64,000 nucleotides of DNA from NCBI GenBank assembly GCA_951406725.2, contig OX597842.1:14384001-14448000 (forward strand), read 5' to 3'. This document shows positions 14,131-64,000 of this stretch, piece after piece. The position numbers and the translations under genes were made by a program. The number at the start of each line of letters is the position of its first letter. The stretch's first letter is position 1. This DNA is from Octopus vulgaris (Eukaryota). The notes beneath the pieces were generated by a model. It saw only the letters and a program-made list of their open reading frames with translations, did no database searches and was not told the origin of the DNA.

Positions 14131-14765
14131 TGTGTTGGTTTCCTTCTTTCACTTTGCGCCAACCAAACTCGCTCACGACATTTTTTTTTTATAATGCGAA
14201 AACATTTAACAAAATTAATTACCTCAGAAAGGCGGTGAACTGGCAGAGTCGTTAACACGCCGGACAAAATGTTGAACAGCATTTAATCCGTCTGTACTTT
14301 CTGAGTTCAAATTCTGCCAGGTCATCTCCAGATTCCATCTTTTCCGTGTTGACATAATATTTTAAATTTAAACCTGCTCAAGTTTGTTTCATCTTTCATC
14401 CATCTGCAGATCATAAAATAACGCCCCGGTCGCATTCCAGTAATAATAGGTAGGGAACAGTATGTTTGCTGTATGCATGGAAATGTGTGGGTGTGTGCTT
14501 GTGTTAATGAGTGCGTGTGTTTGTGTGTGTGTATGTGTGTGTATAACTGCATTTTTGTCTGTGTGTGTGATTGTGTGTGTGAGAGAGAGACAGACGTCAA
14601 AGATAGATAGTAGGAAGAGAAGGTATAAAGGAATAATATGTAGGGAACAAGTGGAGAGGGAAGGGTACGTTGATTGAAAGAATGTTCGAAGGCTTAGGAA
14701 AGAATTTCTCTATAGCAGTGGGGTGGACGTAAAGCTAATTGTTCAAACCACAGTGACTATCGTTA

Positions 14766-16270
14766 TCATTTATATGAGTAGAAAGTGTGTTTCTGCCAGT
14801 GTTTACATTTGTACGATTTTTCTATGAGTGTGTTTACTAGGGGAACCTTAGAGAAAATGATATGGAAGAGTTCAGAGTTACAAATGTTACAAAATATCCT
14901 GTCCTTATGAAAAGGAAAGGATACAGACAGTATGAACCAATCTAACTTGAAAATTATATTGTTGTCTTTAAGACGCCAAACTAATTTACTTAGCCCTATG
15001 TTATGTTGTTTTTTACTATCTCTGAATGTTGAGTAGTGGTTTGAAATACTCTTGGATAACTGGGAAGTGGACGCTCCTATATAGAAGAAGACATCGGTAC
15101 CGGAAGAAATTCTACACTGGTAAATAGAATTCTTAATCTTAGAATTACTAGACAAAGATTTAATTCTGTTGGTGTTGTCCTCCGAGATCGAGACGAAGTT
15201 TTTATTGTTATGATTGTTGTTACTATTATTATTAGCGCTAACAACTACACTATTTCTATTATTATAAGTATTATTAATGGTATTACAACCAGCAATACCA
15301 CCGACAATAATACCGTTATTGTTGTTATCATCAACACTACCATTGTTATTAACACGACTAATACTATTATTAATATTATCATTGTTAACACTTTCGCTGC
15401 TACTAATGCTGCTACTATTAATACTATTCCTATTATTACGATTGTATGATGGGTTGGAATTAGCAAGATTAGTGTTGGAACTCCCGGGTGAAGAATCTTT
15501 GTTTAGCAGCTTGGTATTGTGGGAAGATATAATTTGTGAAAGATTCCTAGGGTTAGAGAAAGCTATTCTGACCGTGTGGGAATTGATAATAGAATGATAT
15601 CTAGAATTTCTGGGAAAGTTCCTAGCAACGGCTTCACGGAACTGTAAGGGAAGGTTCGATTTATTTGTTTTCCGAAAGGTATTACAAACTAGATACAGTT
15701 TTTTGTGGCCTTTGAATTGTTCTTTGTGTTATTTGTGATAGTAAGAGGAAAATTTCTGGGTTGGAAATTTGGGGTTGCATGGCGCTTACCTCCCCTAGTC
15801 CGTAAAGAATTTATTTTATGTACAGGGTTGCTGGCACTATTAGAATTGAAATCATTATTCCTATTACGAGTAACTTTACTATCTGGAGAAGCAGATATTG
15901 GTTTAGAATGAGCTGGGTCGATGTATGACACTTTCTCCTTATAACCGGCTCTTGACAAGGCGGCGTTATAGAAGTCTGCCTTTTGGTTAAAGATGTCGAC
16001 ATTAGCAGATAATATGGACTGTCTCAGAGATATGTTTTTAACAAAATTATCGGTAATTGGCTTGGCATGATTACTGAAAATGCTGATATACTTAAGATTA
16101 TCATAAACCTTCCACGAGGGTTTGGTAAATCTCGCCGCAATACAGCCAGGTCCCGTTTGACTTTTCTGGATTCCCTGGTAAACGAAATATACAGGGAAAC
16201 TAGTGACCCCCAGCTAGGTATGACTCCCTTCTGTGAATATCTGTCTAAATAATTCTTATTCAGCAGAATG
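14766..16270 (-). mobile_element. Penelope-like retroelement fragment (RT thumb region and GIY-YIG endonuclease)
   Basis: ORF 14766-15155 has SIYQC...FYIGAST...NHYSTFRD...LSKLVWRLKD...CNIC; upstream frame reads SNH...NISLRQSILSANVDIFNQKADFYNAALSRAGY; (AAT)-rich linker. Confidence 0.8.
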
Positions 16271-17548
16271 TAGGATGGTCGACTCAAACACAATGACAAA
16301 GTAAATCTTGCTCTTCACACAGAGCAAGAAGATGACTGTAAATAATTTGATAAACTCGGCCCTCTCCTCCTAGGAAGGTCTGTTAGGCTAATCTTTCAAT
16401 CCTTTCCGCTTCATTGAACTATTTCACAATTGTTACCATAAGCACGTGGAGGGGCATTTTGTATGCTGATGATTGTGATCTGGTAGCACACACAGGGATT
16501 GATATGCAACACATCTTGAATGCATTCTCTGATGCTTGCACTGCCTTAGGATTGACAGACAATCTCAATCAAACTGTTGTCATGTATTAACCTGCCACTG
16601 GTAAGCAGTATAGTGTACCGAATATCTATGTGAATGGTAAACGACTTGATGTAGTCGATCAGTTTGACTACCTGGGAAGTACTATTAATAGATATGGCAA
16701 TGCGGATGATGAAATTCCATATGGAATTCGGAAAGCAAGGAAGGCTAGAAAAGTGCATCTGGAGTCGCCGAGACATATGCAGAAAGACAAAGATAAAGGT
16801 GTACAAGGCATGTGTGCTCCCTTTTCTCTATGCCTGCGAGACGTGGGTCATATATGGATACCACCTTAAACAACTGGAACGTTTCCATCAGATGTGCCTC
16901 AGACGGATCTATGGCATTAAGTGGAAGGACCGCATCGGTGATCTTGAAATACTCGAAGGCTCTCGGTGTGAAAGTATAGAAGCTCTTGTGTTAAAGCAAA
17001 GGCTCAGATGGAGTGGTCATCTGGTCAGAATGAAGGATTCAAGGATGCCAAAACAACTCTTTTATGGAGAGTTAGCTAAAGGAGAGCGACCTCCACATAA
17101 ACCAAAAAAGTGGTATAAGGACTTGCCGAAGGCTTCCTTAAGAGATGCTTGCATCTCTCCTGACACATAGGAAGGCATAGCTATTGATCGTAGCAGATGG
17201 AGAAGGATTGTATATGAGGGGACAGCCACATTTGAGAAATCTCGAGTTGCACATGGGAAAGTAAGGAGGGATGTCAGGAAGGGCATCGCTGGTACACTTC
17301 CAGAAGGGAAGGGTATTCCTTTGATTCTGACATGCGATGTCTGTGCAAGACCCTGCCTCAGTAAAGCTGGACTCATGAGTCATCTTCGTAGTCATAAAAC
17401 GAGACAGATGAGTGACAACCTGGCCACTTGTGGTGGTGTAACACACCATACTAATCATATCTTTCGGGCATGTGGAAGAGAGTGTAATTCGGCAGGAGGA
17501 CTTAAACGACATGCAAAGGTACATGAAGCCCAGTTACAACGACGTTGA
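16270..17548 (+). mobile_element. RTE-clade LINE, 3' portion
   Basis: VDQFDYLGSTI, TKIKVYKACVL..YACETW, LERFHQMCLRRI, RLRWSGHLVRM..RMPKQLFYGEL; C-terminal C2H2-like CDVC...HLRSH; frameshifts present. Confidence 0.88.
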
Positions 17549-17549
17549 A

Positions 17550-17885
17550 ATGGCCGTTGATAATATTTTATCATGGAATGATATGTCACAATGTGCGTCA
17601 TTTTGGCATGTTTGGAAAATTGGGAGAATGGCTTCATGAATTTCTGAAGGATAGAAATCAGGTAGCAGTAACCAATGGGGCCACCTCAAATGGCTCGGAA
17701 CTAGTGAGCACTATTTTGCAAAGCACTATTTTCGGACAACTACTGTTCATAATTGCCCTCTCAGACATGCCCTCAGCCACACAGAGAGCCACGATCACAA
17801 GTTATACAGATGATACAAAGTTTCACAAGTAATACAGAACCCTAAAGACGCTATGCACCTACAATATGAGCTGAATGAAATATAC
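17550..17885 (+). mobile_element. CR1/L2-like LINE RT fragment
   Basis: GKLGEWLHEFLKDRNQ...QSTIFGQLLFII...SYTDDTK (decayed PQGS.LGP and YADD motifs). Confidence 0.7.
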
Positions 17886-17887
17886 CA

Positions 17888-18345
17888 AAAGCCAGCTAGA
17901 GACGAAGATCTCTTGGGGCTATAAAGCTACAGTAACATCCCCTCCCCAATGTGGTTAGCCATGATAAGATGGCTTCTATACTTTACATTATCGAGCGATT
18001 ACTGTTTCAATCTCATTCTGAGATTTAATTATGCTTACTGTTCGTTTTTCGACATCAGTGGCAGATGCCATTAGAAAAACTTATATATATTTGCAAAGGA
18101 GCCTTCTCTTTCATCGCTACCTGGCGGTTACCGCCCGTTGACGAGGGACAAAAATCCCGGAACTAGTTCGAGCGTATCACTCAGGCTTGCGAGGAAGGGA
18201 TGGCCTCCCTTTGCAAATACTCCAAGAACACAGATATTGTGTCTAAAGCCAGCTAGAGACGAAGATCTCTTGGGGCTATAAAGCTACAGTAACACCCCCT
18301 CCCCAATGTGGTTAGCCATGATAAGATGGCTTCTATACTTTACAA
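17888..18345 (+). mobile_element. Retrozyme/Penelope pLTR-like unit: ~100 bp direct repeats 357 bp apart with a decayed hammerhead
   Basis: 17888-17988 nearly identical to 18245-18345; internal CGCCCG-TTGACGA-GGGA(CAAAAA)TCCC-GGAA-CTAG-TT-CGAGCG at 18132-18174. Confidence 0.6.
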
Positions 18346-18353
18346 TATATAAG

Positions 18354-18870
18354 TAAACACACATATATTCATACAGGAGAGAAGTCTTTGTTATGTGTCT
18401 CTCTCAAAATAGTGTACAGAAAGGTGAGAAGCCAAATTAGCGTTTCTTTTTGTGGTAAATCATTCTCTGTAAGAAGTCATTTAACTAAGTGTAATCTCAT
18501 TCATCGGAAAGCGAAATGATATCATTGTGATATCTCTGGCAAATTGTTCTCTAGAAGCTCTGGCCCAAGTAAACACACGTGCACTCTTAAAGGGAAGATG
18601 CCGTATCACTTTGACATTTGTGGTAATTCATTCTAGCAAATCACTAATTTAACTATTCGCGAGAGCATTCATACAGGAGGACAAAAACCTATCCGTATTA
18701 TGTCTGCGGTAAATCCTTCTCTCTGAATGGTTCCTTAACTAAACACAAACATATTCCTGCAGAAGAAGAGGTGTGTTGCTGATGTCACGGAATATCATTG
18801 AAAAGACGATTAACTATCGGTTTATCTAATTATGCAGGTGAGCTATTGTATCAATGTCAAAAACCATTTG
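18354..18870 (+). pseudogene. Decayed C2H2 zinc-finger array
   Basis: Recurrent CATATTCATACAGGAGAGAAG (HIHTGEK) and TGTGATATC..TGGTAAATCATTCTCT (CDICGKSFS) units at roughly one-finger spacing, broken by stops and indels. Confidence 0.75.
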
Positions 18871-19188
18871 ATAAAAGAAATATCTTATATAAGAATAAAG
18901 AGCGACACACAGAGACACATAGACAAAGAGAGAAAGGCAGAGGCAGAGGAAAACACAAACACACGGAAACAGAGAGAAAGACACACTATGCGTGTGTGGG
19001 TGTGGGTGCGTGCGTTTATTTTAACCCCATCAACACACTTCCTCTACAGCGATTTCAGTTTGGTACAGCACCCAGGACAAAAACTAAATACAAAAACTAT
19101 GTTATAACAACCGCTGTACACTTTATTTTATATAACCACATCAATATTTACATTGGTAACATTGTGGAATGTTCTTTCATAATATTCA

Positions 19189-20515
19189 CTAGCAAACCTA
19201 CCCATCTACGATTGGAGATAATAAAGGAGGATGGAAAATAATAACAAGTTTCAGTATAAATGTATTTATACTGAAATAGGGCTTGGGAAATGTAACAAAA
19301 TATAAATAGCGGTTGGTTTCGATTATACTCATGTTGAGTTTATATAGTACATATTCATCATATTATTACGCTTACAAAACTTCTTTGTAACAGATATTTT
19401 GTGTTTCATCAACACTAATTTTCAGATTAGCTGAGTCCACTGCTCTGCTCCTAGAGACGTACAACTGGCCGTGTGTAAACATCGGACTGGGCAGAAACAC
19501 ACCAACATAATCTAAAGTCAGGCCCTGAGACTTGATATTTGTGAATGAGAAGGCTAGTTTTATGGGAAACTGCCTGTATCTTAATTGGAAGGGAAACTGG
19601 TTGTCGGAGGGTACCAGTGGTATCCGACGTGTGGACAGGTGCTTACCACTGTGAGGGCCAATCGCTATCACTGCCTCGATGACGTGAGAATTGAGTTGCG
19701 TGAGGGTGTATCTTGTTCCGTTGCAATTTCCATTGGCAGGGTCAAAATGTCGTAGCAGCATTATAGGACAGTACTTTTACAGTGAGATCCTATGCTTAGC
19801 TAGTCCCGATGGATTCAAGTTGTTAAGGAAATCCTGTATATACTGGTGCTAATTTCCATCAACTATAATGTCCGAACTTAAATAGTGTCGACTTTCTTCT
19901 GGGAAGTTGTTAATCATGTATCCATTAACATTATTGTTTTTATTTATTTAGCTTTTGTCCTGGGTGCTGTACCAAATTGAAATCGCTGTAGAGGAAGTGT
20001 GTTGATGGGGTTAAAATAAACGCACGCACCCACACCCACACACGCATAGTGTGTCTTTCTCTCTGTTTCTGAGTGTTTGTGTTTTCCTCTGCCTCTGCCT
20101 TTCTCTCTTTGTCTATGTGTCTCTGTGTGTCGCTCATACAATTTGTGTGTCGCTCACACCATCAACACCCAGAACCGTTGTAGAGATAATAATGAAAGAA
20201 CATCTGAAAGTACTGTTGGAACATTCATAAATGCTATTTAGGTTTTTGTTTCTGTTTAGCTACTGTGGCCGATTTTCGTATAATTTATTTTCATTTATGT
20301 ATTTTTATTTATGTATACGGAAATGGCTTCCGTTTGTTTTTCCTCCGAATCGAAGCAGTGTAGCTAGTGTTTCCAATAAAACATTATAAACATGATATAA
20401 ACCATTCTCGAGACGTCCTTAGTAAGACTGTTAAGCTTCGTGCAAGTTTAATCAGTCGTTTGGCCGTGAAAAGGTCACGGACAGACGGACGGACATAAGG
20501 CCAACTATAGTAAGA
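19189..20515 (-). mobile_element. Non-autonomous, internally deleted Helitron with PIF1 C-terminal remnant
   Basis: Minus strand A|TCTTACTATA...GTCCGTCCGTCTGTCCG 5' end; imperfect hairpin CCAATC-GTA-GATGGG then CTAG|T 3' end; ORF 19372-19761 CNGTRY...QFPIKLAF...KSQGLTL...HGQLYVS.SR. Confidence 0.82.
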
Positions 20516-21477
20516 TAGACATTCCATCTAAGATATTTCCTGAGCGAAGAAAATACGATATTAATATGTTTGTCATTGTATAAATAGATGAGAAATGTAT
20601 TTTCATGTATCAGTGATAACATTATATTTATTATACTAGAAATGCATATAGACACAAACTATAAAAGAAAATGTTTCCTCACACCATCATAGATTATACA
20701 AATATATGTATCCTGAATGTTATACACATTTATTCATGTATCTATATATATTCTTTTGTGATGTTGCTGTTTGAGTCCCATCATAATGGTGATCGTGTTG
20801 TTTATCAAATCTATATCTTTATATAATTATACGTTCCTTTCTTACGTTTGGTGTCATACTCCAGAAACTGCATTTGAAAGGAGAAACATTTTACTGACAA
20901 TAATGTTTTCTGTTTATATTAAATAAACAGTATTATCTTTATTTAAATATTTAGCCCCAGGAAATGTAATTTTACTCACAAATGCAATAAGGTACCGTAG
21001 ATACGGTAGTAAGTGATAGGAAGTAAAATAAATGATATTTTAACCCGGTAAAGTCTGAATAAATAGTTTTCATTAATGGTGTGCCTATGTGTGTTTTAAT
21101 TTAAACAATAGTTATTAATGAAAGAAAATATATATTGAGCCTTTTTTAATTACTGGACCTCTTATGTTAAAAAGTATTATATTTTTGGAAGGAACAGTAT
21201 GGATTTAATAAGTTGTTTATATGTAATTATGCTCAGTAGCGACACTTGCGGGATTTCCGCTAGGTTTTTCTACTTTATATAATTTTGTCATTTCTTTCAG
21301 TTGATCCATTCATGATTTGATGGTTAAGGGGAATGTCAATTTGCAAATCTTTATATAACCATCATGTTTTAATTCATATAATCCGAAATAAGTGATATAT
21401 TTTGTGGATTATCCTCGTTATTATTCTCATCAATGTCTTTTCTGTCAATTCACAGGCGTTTGTTTTAACGTATCTAT

Positions 21478-63257
<41,780 letters not shown>

Positions 63258-63612
63258 CTAGAGGAACAACAAAATAAATATAAAATATTATCAGACGTGT
63301 TAATGCATTTGTATTTTATCAATCTCAGAGAAATGTAAGAAAAAGTATTAACAGGTCGGTAATATAACCTCACAATTAAGTAAAGCAATGATAACTACGA
63401 ATCCTTTTGTAAGTAATCTGTTATTTACTCCACTGCCTCTCCTCAAAGTCTTTTCAAAAGATCTAACTAAATTGCAACATCTGCTTTTATTTATTATATT
63501 CTTGATATGATATATCTGAACGGTCCGGTTGAGGAAGTATTACAGCACCATGATATTAGTCCTAGGTGAGTGCACACGTTATGGATTCATATTTAATCAT
63601 CATCGTCATCGC

Positions 63613-63647
<35 letters not shown>

Positions 63648-64000
63648 ACAGAAAAAATTGCTTGTTTGCTTATACCTGCATAGAGCTGACAAATTGCACC
63701 TGTTTAATTTATCTTAAAACTTATAAAATCCAGACTCCAAGAGAAATATCTCATATGCTTAGCACACATGGGGATTCGTAGTGGAAGCAACAGAAATGTC
63801 AGCATAGTGAGTCAGGTCCCACGATAATCTACTTTCTTCGCTCTCTACACAATAGTTACCATATAGTAACAAAACGAGTTGCTCTACAGTAAATAATAAA
63901 AATTCAATAAATAATATTACATTTATTTTATCAATTGAAAGTCCAGGCAATTACTTAAATCTTCACAACGAATGTTCTACAACTTTTTCTAATATTGGGA

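Noticed and set aside
11151-14255. Long ORFs of 790, 457 and 425 aa (F/L/S-rich) and the K/E/R-rich antisense ORFs
   Set aside because: Translations of the (TTTC)n tract, which lacks stop codons by composition
63759-63950. Possible upstream HormR exon (YCVESEESRLSWDLT)
   Set aside because: Faint C..W..T resemblance only; no convincing phase-2 donor and an in-frame stop follows

Overview
AT-rich, microsatellite-dense animal genomic DNA. It is most likely an octopus (inference from the tRNA-derived SINE families and the HTGEKPYHCDICGKSFS-type C2H2 remnants). The minus strand carries most of a multi-exon adhesion GPCR gene (~21.5-63.3 kb; 5' exons lie beyond the window). I reconstructed it by hand from GT-AG sites and phases as HormR(part)-SEA-like-HormR-GAIN/GPS(HL|TSFALLM)-7TM, with an apparent frameshift in the cytoplasmic tail. 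Its largest intron holds a nearly intact ~6.15 kb Helitron: a Rep/PIF1 ORF with one 4-bp frameshift, 23-aa STPR-like N-terminal repeats, and a 3' hairpin plus CTAG. The same intron contains a ~130 bp palindrome made of two head-to-head type I hammerhead ribozymes with intact catalytic cores. Elsewhere are a small non-autonomous Helitron tied to a 191 bp inverted duplication, a retrozyme/Penelope-like 357 bp unit with a decayed hammerhead, and fragments of Penelope, RTE, CR1-like, R4-like, Gypsy and Tc1/mariner elements. There are also many SINEs, a decayed C2H2 zinc-finger array, several foldback hairpins and a ~3 kb polypyrimidine tract. Most listed ORFs are microsatellite artefacts.
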